Source: the human T2T-CHM13v2.0 reference genome, Homo sapiens. From it: a stretch of 64,000 nucleotides of DNA. Where the stretch lies: assembly GCF_009914755.1 (NCBI RefSeq), contig NC_060925.1. One strand, given 5' to 3'. Within the stretch, counting starts at the first letter, position 1; the number at the start of each line of letters is the position of its first letter. The notes under the pieces are model-generated. The model was not told the origin of the DNA and made no database searches. It saw only the letters and a list, made by a program, of their open reading frames with translations. The translations under genes and the position numbers were made by a program. Shown here in pieces: positions 38,173 to 53,915 of this stretch.

Positions 38173-40970
38173 TCAGGAACTCCAGCAAGTTCTTTCAGGC
38201 AGTGAAATATAGGCTGACCCAAAAGGGAGGCCAGCCATCCTTAGAGTGATTAGCAGGAACTCTGCCCCATAGAGGTGTATGCCATATCTAAATGATGTCT
38301 AAACTATCTAATCAGAGTCTCCATTTGGGGAAGTATTCAGTGCAAAGAGTAGAGAGCTGTGGGTCTAACATGCTCAGATTGCTACCCGGAGGGTATCCAA
38401 GCTGCTTTCCCAGAATGACTCAAGGTCCTTGGTGTGTCTCAGGTTTGGTTGTTGGTTGTTATCTTTCCAGGCTTGCATCCTTTAAGCTGTAGATAGTACC
38501 ACTGGTACCCAGTACTCAGTCCATTCCCATGTGGATTACATCTTCATTATCCCTTAGACCAGACTGCAGGATTCCTCTAGGTCTGGGTCTCTCTCAGCCA
38601 CTTCTACACTCATCTCAAGGTCCCAGAAAATAATAGGCTCACCTCCCTTACCACTCTGAGATTACAGAAAACTCTCTGAGGAAACCCTAGACGCTTCTGC
38701 TCTAGATGTACCAGGCAGCTCCTCTGATCCAATGCTGAGTATAGAGGATTTCTCTGAGGTTTGCCATCTCCTAGATTCCAACAAGGAAATAAGCCACAGG
38801 TCTCCTGATTCTCAGAACCTGAAAAACCCACACACAGGCCAGGGCTCAGCAAGGGGAGGGGCAGCAGAAGAGTGCAGGAGCCCCTTCCCAGGAACTCAGC
38901 GGCATCTAACCATCTTGCTTTGCCTTAGAATCGCCTCTTGTATCCCAGCCAGGGGAATTTTTATCATACGAGGGCAGGGGAAAAAATTGGCTCAAATTAA
39001 TCAAATCTTCTTCTTCCAAATCTTTTTTGTCTGAAGCCTGAAGCTCAGCTTTTTAAACTTGAAAGCCAAGAATTTGTCTCTTTTGTTCTCTGGTTCTGCT
39101 GTGACAACCCTCCCTTGAGGCAAGGAATGACTCATGGTCTAGCTGCCGGGATGGGGGAGGGTCAAGGGTAACAGGAAATCACGGGGAAAACACATTGGTT
39201 AATACATCAAAATATTATCCTGTTACACTAGGATTTCTATTCTCTTTTTTATTCTCTGTAAAATTGAAATGAACTCGTCTTCCTCCTTTCTTACAAAGCC
39301 TTCCACATTAGATAGGGTTCTTTGGGATGTGAGTAATAGAAATCAACTCATTTTTGCCCACCACTTCCCTCAGAGAAAATATAATGCAGGTGCTAGAAGG
39401 AGCGGGAAGGACTGGAGTCTAAGACAGAAATGTGATCATGCTTCATGAAAGCACCAAAGCTGTGGATTTCTATCAGAACCATGCTTCCTCTGGTTTCTGT
39501 TCTTTGCGTGGTGGCTTTGTTCATTCTCTTCATGGCTTTTCTCTTCCCCTCTGTAGACAGGGCCTAAATTTATGCTCCTCGTCCTGCCATGCTGAGACTG
39601 AAATCTCTTGTTCTGATATTTGGATTCTAATGGATCTTCTGATTGGGCCAACAGGGTCAATAATCAATTAACTGTAGCTGAGAGACCCCTTGTAGGGAAG
39701 GATAGGATCCCATTTTATAAAATGGCTATGAAGTACCCACCACTGATGGAGGAAAGAAAAAGTGGAGGCTGGGCAGACAATCCCTTCAATATTCAGCTTT
39801 CCATTGCCTGGGTAGAAGTGATTTCATATTTATTGAACTATCCTGGCAGCTTATCTATACATACCACATTTTATACTGCTTTTTATACTGCTTATTTTGT
39901 AGCCATTTATGGATATATCTCTACCTTGTAGCAGACCACCAGTAAATAGTGTGCAAGGACTTAGTTCCCTTTCTCCACAAAGGCAAACACAGTGCCCTGC
40001 ACACAATAGGCATTCAAAAGTGTGCATTGAATGATCAAATGAATCAATGAATGGGAAGGAAGAGTTAACAAACCCAAAAAACTGATGGGCACTATGAAAG
40101 GGGAAACACAAGGCATTTTCATGACAGGTGTAATTTTGAAAAAAAAAAAAATCCAAATAAGTTCGATTATGCAGCGTACAAGGCTTTTCTCTTGGCAAGG
40201 AAACAGTTAAGAGGTTTTGCACTGTGTTCATGGACTTCTGACATGATATAAAACACTACAATTTTGGCTTTCCCATTTTAGCTGACATAGTTTAAGTTGA
40301 TGAATATTTTGATTTGTGCCAGTCTCAGGCAGTTTTAAATGCTATCCCTGCAGGAGTCAAGAAGTCCAGTCATAATCATAACAATATGCTTGTCAGTCAA
40401 AAGCACCGGAAGACTGTTTAGGTGCAAAGAGAGCGTTTTCCCCTGAAAGGAAACAGGGCAATTGAAATCACCTACTTTTCAAGGTATTGAAGTCAAAACT
40501 GTTACCAGCTTCATGGTGTGAAAATCCAGGTCTGTGCACCCCCTTGGTCAGACTCCAGTATGTCCTTAGGCTATCCAGTCAAAAAAAGTTACAGTCTGAA
40601 GTTCAGAAGAAATTAGACTAAAGGAAAAGTCCAGCGATCAAGGTTGATTCCCCATCATTATTTGCAGGTCACTATTTCAGCAAGGAATGTATAATGAATT
40701 CTCTTCCATCTTTGCAGTCAAAGCACCTTGGGATAAATTTGCAGAGCCAACTAAATCAGAGCATTCATGCAATTACATAGGATCTGGGCAGAAGAAAGTG
40801 ATTTTATTTTTCCTGAACAGACCAAGCAAATAATACTTGAAGAATTGACCTAAAGGTTATACCACAGGAACTGTTTGCACTATAGCAGGCGAAATTTAAA
40901 AATCCACATAGAATTGGGTTCATTAGAAAAAGGAGAAAAGCCAGAAACCAAATCAGTGTGGGAGAGAGAT

Positions 40971-40972
40971 GA

Positions 40973-41028
<56 letters not shown>

Positions 41029-41242
41029 GAAGGGAATAAGGAAGGAAGGAAGGAAGGAAAGAAGAGAGAGAGAGAAAGAAAAGAAAGAAGGAGAAGAAAG
41101 AGAGAAAGAAAGAAAGAAAAAGAAAAAGAAAAGAGAGAGAAAGAAAGAAAATATAAGAAAGGAAGAAAGAGAGAGAGAAAAAGAAAGAAAAGGTAGAGAA
41201 AGAAAAAGAAAGGAAGGAAGAAAGAAGGAAAGGAAGGAAGGA
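40971..41242 (+). repeat. (GAAA)14 followed by a degenerate polypurine tract
   Basis: Read directly; ~270 bp almost purine-only. Confidence 0.95.
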
Positions 41243-44200
41243 ACAAGTCAGAGCAAAGGATTTCAAAACTGGAGTCTGACCAAAATTATTCAGATCTTCG
41301 AGTATGTTGATGTCAGGACCTTCTTTTTTCAATGTTAGTGTGACTTTAATAATTCCAGCTGCTCAACAAATTTACTCAGCAACTTTACCCCACCAGAATA
41401 AAATTAAAACACAGATCCGGTGTGTCCCTTCAAATTTTATTGCATTGATAGCAGTTTTTTTTTGTTGTTGTTTTTTGTTTTTGCATGGAAATGCACTAGT
41501 TAAATTGAAAGTTACTATAATAGAAAGTACACCTTTCACCCCCAAAGAATTCCATATACCCCATGCTGATATCAAAAGAATCTCCTCATGGGAAAGTACA
41601 ATGTGGAAAGCAGAGAGTAACAAAAATCTGGTGTTCAGAGTCCACTGGGAGCCTCAGAAAAATATGAAACAATGACTTCATGTAGTAGATAAATTTCTCA
41701 CATTCTTCAACCCGTTTTATTGGCTTAATACTCATGTATCCAGTTGTATGAACAGTAAGCCTGCCCAAAAAAGAATCTGATCGATATTAAAAAATATATC
41801 CAGCATGAAAATTTAATAATATGCTGGTCCTTTGTCCATCAATTTACAAATGTTTTTATTAGTTATTTTTGAAGTCACCTAAAAATATGTCCAAGATTAT
41901 CCTCTTTCACAAATAAGTAAATGATAACTTTGAAAGAGGAACATCTTTTAGTAGTAATAAAGCAGTAGGACATTTACTGTCGTAATGTCTAAGTCCCATC
42001 TTCCACATTCTCTACTGCCCCAGGATGCCGTACAAACCCTAGTGTTTAAGACACACCACAATTTGTCCCAGACCCTTCTCTCTGTCTCCCTATTCTCCCC
42101 TGTGAGACCATGTCTTTTCATTTAAGCTATTTCTACTCATTGTTCCTAAATGAGCCATGGACATACCTGTCTGTGCACCTTTGTATGCCCTGTTTTATCT
42201 CTTCTCTTGCCAAAGCTCCATCTATCCTTCAGACTCAGGGCCTCCAAGAAATTCTCCTGGGCTGCCTCAGCCCTTTGCCAGGCATCACTCATCTGGATTC
42301 TTCTCAACTGGCAATTACCCTACTCTGTCTTGCCCTATAGGTATCTCTTAGGATTTCATTAATCTCTAACGACCATGTGGTGTAATAGAAAGCATGTAGG
42401 CTTTAAAGTCAGGCAGATTTAGCTTGAAATCCAGGCTCTCTCCCTAACAAACTGGTAATTTAACCTATCTGTAGTTTTGTTTTCTCATGTTTAAACTGAG
42501 AATAATAATAACTAGTTTAGAGAGTTCTTGGGAGTATCAAATAAAGTTACATAAAAAAATGCCTAGGGTTTATACTACAAAGTAAGTCGGTCAGGTTTTG
42601 TCTGTTGTGTTCACTGCTGTATCTTTGGCACCTAGAAGAGTTCCTAGCACATAGTAGATACTCAATGTATGCTTACTGAAAGGATTAGTGACTATTTGAT
42701 ACTCAATAAACATTGGTTCTCTTCTGTTTTTACCCCATCCACTAGCTTGTAATTCTTTGCAGGACAGGCCTTACGCATACATCTCTTGGCATTTCACTGT
42801 GAGAAGATTTGATGAATGGGTTTCTCATGAGTCCTTGGTCTTCCTACTTACTAGATAATTCTCAATGGCATAGAAAGATCCATTTATCATACATATGAGC
42901 TGACCCATTTGTCTATGAACCTCAATTGCTACTCCCCACTGATAGAAGTAGTAGCAGAGTAAAAATAATAATAATCTTAGGAAAAACAAGGAGTGAAATA
43001 AGGCATTTTAAAAATATGAAATATTTATTAACTTTTCCACTGGGCTAGCATGCTGAATATACTATAAAACCCAAAAAGAAAAGTCAAAAGATCAATAATA
43101 AAGGTATTGAAGAAGAAGAAAAAAAGACGGTAAGGAGGGAGGGAGGAATAGAAGAAGGAAAGAAGGAAGAGGGAGGCAGAGAGGGAAGGACAGAAAAAGG
43201 GAAAGAGAGAAAAAATAAGAAAAAAAGAGAAGGAAACAAAGTCATAAACATATTGCTGTTGCCTCAGGTTGCATGTCATGTTTGTTCCCAGGCCTCTCGT
43301 GACCATTCTGGCTCAGGCTGTGAACAGCCTCAGAGGAGTCTGAAATCCCAAAAGGATAGTGATATTTAAAGTCAGTAATCCTCTAACAGAATCTCTCTCA
43401 GAGACTATGCCAAGCCTCCATACCATCAGCATTTTCTCTCTGTATATATACAAATAAGAAACTAGATCTGAGAGCCTAAAAGATCCCTTTTTGATTTGAA
43501 TCCAAGAACTTCTCCAGATTTTTAAAAATCGAGTTCTCCAAAGAAGAGGCTGTGATGTCGTGCACCAGAGAGACAGTCGAGAGCAGCTAGGACAGGCTTT
43601 CCGTTGGCATAATGGAAACCATGTGTCCTGTACCATTATGGATTTCTAATGCTCCGTTGAGGTGGGTACCTGTTGCTTTGAAGAAAAAAAAGCCATTTCC
43701 ACCCCCATTTCTCCTGATTTATGCTCCAGCCACAGAAGGCCCAGACAAGTTGGAAAAGATTTGGTAACTGGAGAAGTGACAGGGGGTGAGAAAGTATATT
43801 TTGTCAAAGACTGCACACTTGACTCTCACTTTAAATCCTTGCCTTGGGCAATGTGTGAGTTACAGAGTTTAAATCGTGTTTTTAGTTTAAGTCAGATTGA
43901 GGGTGAAAGACTACACAGCTCTATGAATTAGGACTGGATTGTTTTGGTAAAAACATTTTCTAGGTTGGTCAAACATAAATCAGTCCTAATGAGGCACCTG
44001 TGATTATAGGCAGGTCTAATGCTCCTCACTGCTCTCCGCCCATTCTCATTCCTCTCCTATTTGCCTTTATTTTTTCCTAAACAGAAAATCAGAAAGCAAT
44101 GAGAATTAAAAAAAAAAAAAAAAAAAAGCATGTTGTACTCAGCCCAAAAGAGATTAGAAGAGTCCAGAATGACATAAGGGCAGAGCACAGGACATAGGTG

Positions 44201-46160
44201 ACTGAATGAGTCTTAACAAAGAAGCCAGGTCCAGGAAGAATCAGATGGTGGACACAGAAGAGCTTTTCATCAAACAACAGTGAATGGAAGTCCTAGATTT
44301 CAGTGTAATGTCCAAGAATTTGCATCATCTGTCACCTGGCAGCTGGCATTCCACCCCTCCCTCCAGGGGGCCTCCTTGACTACACACACAGGCTGCTTAC
44401 CTGGAAGAGTCTCATCTTTCTTACTCTTTGGCCTACAAATCTTTGTTCAGGAGGTTCTAGTCTCTCATTTTTCAGGTGACTCTTGTCTATCTGTGGAAAA
44501 ACTTCATAGTTGTTTTCTTATTAAGCCTTGGGTTTTAATGTTATTTCTTCAGCGTTATATTATTCTTTATTGCTATGTCATGAAAAATGGTTTTAACTTT
44601 GAATCACTGCTCTATTTCCATTAGCAAATGCCTTCCTTCTTCAAGTCCTATTAGAAACAGAGCAACACTGAAAAAGACACCAGGATTATTTTGCCCCTTT
44701 GCATACCTTGTTAACTGCTCAAATAGACTTGAAACCTTTTGTCCACCAAATCCCATGGCCTTGGGAAAAAGCAGTGTGTATGGCTCTTTCTAGTCTTTTA
44801 TCTACATTTTAAAACTAGATTGGTAGGGGCAAGATGGCTGAATATGAACAGCTCTGGTCTGCAGCTCCCAGCGAGACCAACGCAGAAGGCGGGTGATTTC
44901 TGCATTTCCAACTGAGGTACCCGGTTCATCTCACAGGGACTGGTTAGAGAGTAGGTGCAGCCCATGGAGGGCGAGCAGAAGCAGGGTGGGGCATCACCTC
45001 ACCTGGGAAGTGCAAGGGGTCAGGGAAATCCCTCCCCTGGCCAAGGGAAGCCATGAGGGACTGCGCCTTGAGGGACTGTGCTATCCTGCCCAGATACTAC
45101 GCTTTTCCCAAGGTCTTTGCAACCCACAGACCAGGAGATTCCCTCAGGTGCCTACACCACAAGGGCCCTGGATTTCAAGCACAAAACTGGGCAACTGTTT
45201 GGGCAGACACCGAGTTAGTTGCAGGAATATTTTTTTGTATTCCAGTGGTGCCTGGAACGCCAGCAAGATAGAAACATTCACTCCCCTGGAAAGGGGGCTG
45301 AAGCCAGGGAGCCAAGCGGTCTTGCTCAGTGGATACCAACCCCATGGAGCCCAGCAAGCTAAGATCCACTGGCTTGAAATTCTCGCTGCCAGCACAGCAG
45401 TCTAAAGTTGACCTGGGATGCTTGAGCTTGGTGGGGGCAGGGGCGTCCGCCATTACTGAGGCTTAAGTATGAGGGTTTTCCACTCACAGTGTAAACAAAG
45501 CCACCAGGAAGTTAGGACCAGGTGGAGTCCACCACAGTGCTGCAAAGCTGCTGTAGCCAGACTGCCTCTCTAGATTCCTCCTCTCTGGGCAGGGTGTCTC
45601 TGAAAGGCAACAGACCCAGTCAGAGGAATGTGGATAAAACTCCCATCTCCTTGGGACAGAGCACCAGGGGGAAGGGGCGGCTGTGGGCGCAGCTTCAGCA
45701 GACTTAAATGTTCCTGACTGCTGGCTCTGAAGAGAGCATCACAGATCTCCCAGCACAGCGCTCGAGCTCTGATAAGGTACAGACTGCCTCCTCAAGTTGG
45801 TCCCTGACCCGCATGCCTCCTGACTGGGAGACAACTCCTGGAAGGGGTTGACAGACACTTCATATAGGAGAGCTCCAGCTGGCATTTGGCAGGTGCCCCT
45901 CTGGGATGAAGCTTCTAGAGGAAGGAGCAGGCAGCAATATTTGCTGTTCTGCAGCTTCCAGTGGTGATACCCAGGCAAACGGGGTCAGGAGTGGACCCCC
46001 AGCAAACTCCAGCAGAACTGCAGAAGAGGGGCCTGACTGTTAGAAGGAAAACTAACAAACAGAAAGCAATAGTATCAACATCAACAAAAAGGATGACCAT
46101 GCAAAAACTCCATCCGAAGGTAACCAACAGCAAAGGACAAAGGTAGATAAATCCACGAAG

Positions 46161-47184
46161 ATGAGAAATAAGCAGCGCAAAAAGGCTGAAAATCCCAAAA
46201 ACCAGTGCCTCTTCCCCTCCAAAGGATCAAAACTCCTCACCAGCAAGGGAACAAAACTGGACGGAAAATGAATTTGACAAATGGACAGAAGTAGTCTTCA
46301 GAAGGTAGGTAATAACAAATTCCACCGAGTTAAAGGAGCATGTTCTAACCCAATGCAAGGAAGCTAAGAACCTTGATAAAAGGCTAGAGGAATTGCTAAC
46401 TAGAATAACCAGTTTAGAGAAGAACATAAATGACCTGATGGACCTGAAAAACACAGCATGAGAACTTCATGAAGCATACACAAGTATCAATAGCTGAACT
46501 GATCAGGTGGAAGAAAGGATATCAGAGATTGAAGATCAATTTAATAAATAAAGCATGAAGACAAGGATAGAGAAAAAAGAAATAAAGGAATAAGCAAAGC
46601 CTGAAAGAAATATAAGACTATTTGAAAAGACCAAACCTACCTTTGATTGGTGTACCTGAAAGGAAAGGGGAGAATAGAACCAAGTTGGAAAACACGCTTC
46701 AGGATATTATCCAGGAGAACTTCCCCAACATACCAAGACAGGCCAAAATTGAAATTCAGGAAATACAGAGAACACCACAAGATACTCCTTGAGAAGAGCA
46801 ACACCAAGACACATAATCAGATTCAACAAGGTTGAAATGAAAAAAAAAATGTTAAGGATAGCCACATACAAAGGTCGGGTTGCCCACAAAGGGAAGCCCA
46901 TCAGACTAACAGCAGATCTCTCTGCAGAAACCCTGCAAGACAGATGAGAGTGGAGGCCAATAGTCAACATTCTTAAAGAAAAGAATTTTCAACCAAGAAT
47001 TTCATATGCAGCCAAACTAAGCTTCATAAGGGAAGGACAAATATAATCCTTTACAGACAAGCAAATGCAAATGCTGAGGGATTTTCTCACCACCAGGCCT
47101 ACCTCACAAGAGCTCCTGAAGGAAGCACTAAATATGGAAAGGAAAAACTGGTACCAGCCACTGCAAAAACAAACCAAAATGTAA
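46161..47184 (+). pseudogene. L1 ORF1 remnant (disrupted)
   Basis: ATG AGA AAT AAG CAG CGC AAA AAG GCT GAA start; aagaattttcaaccaagaatttcatat and gagctcctgaaggaagcactaaatatggaa blocks; internal stops and frameshifts. Confidence 0.85.
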
Positions 47185-47247
47185 AGACCATCGACACTAT
47201 GAAGAAACTGCATCAACTAATGGGCAAAATAACCAGCTAGCATCATA

Positions 47248-50200
47248 ATGACAGGATCAAATTCACACATAACAATATTAACCTTAAATGTAAATGAGCT
47301 AAATGCCCAAATTAAAAGACACAGACTGGCAAATTGGATAAACAGCCAACACCCATCAGTGTGCTGTATTCAGGAGACCAATCTCATGTGCAAAGACACA
47401 CATAGGCTCAAAATAAAGAGATGGAAGAATATTTACCAAGCAAATGGAAAGCAAAAAAAAAAGCAGGGGTTGCAATCCTAATCTCTGATAAATAGACTTT
47501 AAACCAACAAAGATCAAAAAACACGAAGAAAGGCATTACATTATGGTAAAGGGATCAGTGCAACAAGAAGCGCTAACCATCCTAAATATATATGCACCCA
47601 ATACGGGAGCACCAAGATTCATAAAGCAAGTTCTTAAGAGACCTACAAAGAGACTTAGACTCCCACACAATAATAGTGGGAGACTTTAACACCTCACTGT
47701 CAATATTAGACAGATCAAGAAGACAGAAAATTAACAAGGATATTCAGGAGTTGAACTCAGCTCTCAAACAAGTAGACCTAATAGACATCTACATAACTCT
47801 CTACCCCAAATAAACAAAATATACACTCTTCTCAGCACAACATACCACTTATTCCAACATTGACCACATAATTGGAAGTAAAACACTCCTCAGCAAATGC
47901 AAAAAACAAACAAACAAACAAAAAACAACAGAAAACAGAAATCATAACAAACAGTCTCTCAGACCACAGTGCCATCAAATTAGAACTCAGGATTAAGAAT
48001 CTCACTCAAAACCACACAACTACATGGAAACTGAACAACCTGCTCCTGAATGACTACTGGGTAAATAACGAAATTAAGGCAGAAAGAAATAAGTTCTTTG
48101 ACACCAATGAAAACAAAGACACAACATACCAGAATCTCTGGGACACAGCTAAAGCAGTGTTTAGAGGGAAATTTATAGCACTAAATGCCCGCAGGAGAAA
48201 GTGGGAAAGATCTAAAATTGACTCCCTAACATCACAATTAAAAGAACTAGAGAAGCAAGAGCAAACACATTCAAAAGCTAACATAAGACAAGAAATAACT
48301 AAGATCAGAGCAGAACTGAAGGAGATAGAGACACGAAAAACCCTTCAAAAAAATCAATGAATCCAGGAGCTGGTTTTTTGAAAAGATTAACAAAATAGAT
48401 AGACCACTTGCCAGACTAATAAAGAGAAAAGAAAGAGGAATCAAATAGACACAATAAAAAATGATAAAGGGGATATCACCACTGATCCCACAGAAATACA
48501 AACTACCCTCAGAGAATACCATAAACACCTCTATGCAAATAAACTAGAAAATCTAGAAGAAATGGATAAATTCCTGGACTTATAGACCCTCCCAAGACTA
48601 AACCAGGAAGAAGTCGAATCCCCGAATAGACCAATAACAAGTTCTGAAATTGAGGCAGTAATTATTTATGGTTGGTTGGCCTACCAACAAAAACAACCCC
48701 AGGACCAGATGGATTCACAACCAAATTCTACCATAGGTACAAAGAGGAGCTAGTACCATTCCTTCTGAAACTACTCCAAACAATAGAAAAAGAGGGAATC
48801 CTCCCTAACTTATTTTATGAGGCCAGCATCATCCTGATATCAAAGCCTGGCAGAGACACAACAAAAAAAGAAAATTTCAGGTCAATATCCCTGATGAACA
48901 TTGATGTGAAAATCCTCAATAAAATACTGGCAAGCCGAATCCAGCAGCCTATTATAAAGCTTATCCACCATGATCAAGTCAGCTTCATCCCTGGGATGCA
49001 AGGCTGGTTCAACATATGCAAATCAATAAATGTAATCCATCACATAAATCGAACAAATGACAAAAACCACATGATTATCTCAATAGATGCAGAAAAGGCC
49101 TCAATAAAAGTCAACACTCGTTCATGCTAAAAACACGCCATAAACTAGGTACAGATGGAACATATCTCAAAATAATAAGAGCTTTTTATGACAAACTCAC
49201 ACCCAATATTATACTGAGTGGGCAAAAGCTGGAAGCATTCCCTTTGACAACTGGCACAAGACAAGGATGCCCTCTCTCACCACTCCTATTCAACATAGTA
49301 TTGGAAGTTCTGGCCAGGGCCATCAGGCAAGAGAAAGAACTAAAGAGTATTCAGATAGGAAGAAAGGAAGTCAAATTATCTCTGTTTGCAGGTGACATGA
49401 TTATATATTTAGAAAACCCCATCTTCTCAGCCCAAAAGCTCCTTAAGCTGATAAGCAACTTCAGCAAAGTCTCAGGACACAAAATCATTGTACAAAAATC
49501 ACAAGCATTCCTGTACACCAACAGTAGACAAACAGTCATATCATGAGCAAACTCCCACTCACAATTGCTACAAAGAGAATAACATACCTAGAAATACAAC
49601 TTACAAGGGATATGAAGGATTCCTTCAAAGAGAACTACAAACCACTGCTCAATGAAATAAGAGGGGACACAAACAAATGGAAAAACATTCCATGCTTATG
49701 GATAGGAAAGATCAATATTGTGAAAATGGCCATACTGCCCAAAGTAATTTATAGATTCAATGCTATCCCCATCAAGCTACCATTGACTTTATTCCCAAAA
49801 TTAGAAAAAACTACTTTAAATTTTATACGGAACAAAATACAGCCCGTATAGCCAAGGCAATCCTAACCAAAAAGAACAAAGCTGGGGGCATCATGCTACC
49901 TGACTTCAAACTATGCTACAAGGCTACAGTAACCAAAACAGCATGTTACTGGCACCAAAACAGATATACAGACCAATGGAACAGAACAGAAACCTCAGAA
50001 ATAACACCACACATCTACAGCCATCTGATCTTTGACAAACCTGACAAAAACAAGCAATGGGGAAAGGATTCGCTATTTAACAAATGGTGTTGGGAAAACT
50101 GGCTAGCCATATGCAGAAAACTGAAACTGGACCCCTTGCTCACACCTTATACAAAAATTAACTCAAGATGGATTAAAGATTTAAATATAAGACCTAAAAG

Positions 50201-51102
50201 CATAAAAACCCTAGAAGAAAATCTAGGCAATACCATTCAGGACATAGGCATGGGCAAAGACTTCATGACTGAAACACCAAAAGCAGTGGCAACAAAAGCC
50301 AAAAATGACAAATGGGATCCAATTAAACTAAAGAGCTTCTGCACAGCAAAAGAAACTATCATCAGAGTGAACAGGCAACCTACAGAATGGGAGAAAATTT
50401 TTGCAATCTATCCATCTGACAAAGGGCTAATATCCAGAATCTGCAAAGAACTTCAACAAATTTACAAGAAAAAAACAAACAACCCCATCAAAAAGTGGGT
50501 GAAGGATTTGGACAGACGATTTTCAAAAGAAGACATTTATGCAGCCAACAAACATTTGAAAAAATGCTCATCACTTTTCATCAGAGAAATGTAAATCAAA
50601 ACAGCAATGAGATACCATCTCATGCCAGTTAGAATGGTGATCATTAAAAAGTCAGGAAACAACAGATGCTGGAGAGGATGTGGAGTAACAGGAACACTTT
50701 TACACTGTTGGTAGGATTGTAAATTAGTTCAACCATTGTGGAAGACAGTGTGGCAATTCCTCAAGGATCTAGAACAAGAAATACCATTTGACCCTGCAAT
50801 CCCTTTACTGGGTGTATACCAAAAGTATTATAAATCATTCTACCATAAAGACACATGCACATGTATGTTTATTGCAGCATTATTCACAATAGCAAAGACT
50901 TGGAACCAACCCAAATGCCCATCAGTGTTAGACTGAATAAAGAAAATGTGGCACATATATACCATGGAATACTATGCAGCCATAAAATGAGTTCATGTTC
51001 TTTGCAGGGACATGGATGAAGCTGGAAACAATCATTCTCAGCAAACTAACACAGGAACAGAAAACCAAACACTGCATATTCTCACTGATAAGTGGGAGTT
51101 GA
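47248..51102 (+). pseudogene. L1 ORF2 remnant (endonuclease/RT/C-domain, fragmented)
   Basis: ORF track pieces [73 protein letters not shown] spread over several frames. Confidence 0.92.
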
Positions 51103-52010
51103 ACAATGAGAACATATGGGCACAGGGAGGGGAATATCATACACTGGGGCCTGTTGGGGGTGGGGGGCAAAGGGAGGGATAACATTAGGAGAAATGCCTA
51201 ATGTAGATGATGGGTTGATGGGTGCAGCAAACCACCATGGCACATGTATATCCATATAACAAACCTGCATGTTCTGCACATGTATCACAGAACTTAAAGT
51301 ACAATAATAAAAAAAAAACCTAGATTTAAATTGTCTGCTTTTATTATGTTCTCTGCCATTTGTAAACATGCTTTTTCTGTCTTCTTTTTTTTTTTTTTAA
51401 CCAGTATTACCTTCTTACTTTTATTGTTTATCACTCACCACAGGTAATTCCCTTCTTCAGTTGACTTACACTATTTTAATATCCCATATCAACTATTGCT
51501 TGGGTTAGTTACTGAATTCCAGGGTCTGATGGAAAACAATGATCTTGTTTGGGAGCATCATGTGATCAGGGTACTGCTAATTGTTTGAAAATGTTTGGGT
51601 TCTCCTGGGTCTCATCACAGTTGGAAAAGATGAGATTATGTCCTCATCTTTAGGGAGTTGATTTAGTTTGCACTGTGTATTTTATATAATGCATCAAAGT
51701 GTCCATTTCTTTTAGTAAATAAATGACACATTTGAGCTGAAATCTTTCACAAATATCTATTTAAAATAACATTTAAAACCAAACTTGTATAAAGTATTCA
51801 AATGCTGTATCTGGCAACACTGTGACATCAACCCTAACAGGCAGAATTGGCTATATTTTAAAATGAAGAACAGAGGTTCAGAAAGATGAAGTAACCTGTC
51901 AAAGTTCATATAAGTCTTATGTTGGGTACTCAGGAATTGGGCCATTTTTTGTCTGGTTCTAATGCCTAGTTACCTCCTAAATAGATTGTTAAGTGAGTAA
52001 TAATAACACA

Positions 52011-52185
52011 GGCCCAGTGCAGTGGCTTATGCCTCTAAATCTCAATGCTTTGAGAGCCCAAGTCAGAAGGATTGCTTGAGCCCAGGAGTTCAAGGCTGCA
52101 ATGAGCTATGATCACACCACTGCACTCCAGCCTCAGCAACAGAGAAAGACCCCATCTCTAAAATAACAACAATAACAACAACAGC
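52011..52185 (+). mobile_element. Alu monomer (FRAM/FAM-like)
   Basis: Single right-arm-type monomer with AAC-rich tail. Confidence 0.75.
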
Positions 52186-52574
52186 AAATGATTGCCGTAT
52201 AAAACTTCCAAGTTCTCAAGTTCTGATTTCACTGAATATTCCTGAACACCAGTCAAGTCTGGCAAAGAATTATTATTATTTCCATTTTATAGTTGAAGAG
52301 ATGGAAGATCAAAAGGTTCAGAAATTTGTGAAAGACTCTAGTCTTCTGATTCCTACTTCAGCACTTTTCTTCTAGTACATCCTATCATCTCCTGAGGCTT
52401 TCTTCTCAGCACTACCTTTGCATCTTTCCCTACTTCTGACTGTGGTGTTTGTTAGCCACCCAGAATGGAAGATGAAGATGGTTCCGGAACAATCACATGG
52501 ATGATGACAGAAATAATGCCCCGTTATACACACAAGAAGGCTGTGTGTATTTGTAAAATTCAAACTAAATTTTA

Positions 52575-53915
<1,341 letters not shown>

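Larger units (their letters stand above)
44822..51314 (+). mobile_element. Full-length, inactive L1 (L1PA7-like), ~6.5 kb
   Basis: 5' UTR start caagatggctgaata...cagctcccagcgagaccaacgcagaagg; ORF1, 63-nt spacer, ORF2, 3' UTR (attaggagaaatgcctaatgtagatgatgggttgatgggtgcagcaaaccaccatggcac) and A-tail. TTTT/AAAA endonuclease site and TSD aaaactagatt (44811) / aaaacctagatt (51315). Confidence 0.93.

Noticed and set aside
40880-41332. F/L/S-rich and K/E/R-rich ORFs
   Set aside because: Translations of the GAAA tract.
44893-46454. Cluster of 60-170 aa ORFs on both strands
   Set aside because: GC-rich L1 5' UTR and ORF1 start; I cannot support any of them as ORF0 or a gene.
47248-51102. Active L1 retrotransposon
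   Set aside because: ORF2 is split over many frames and the RT catalytic motif is FAGD.
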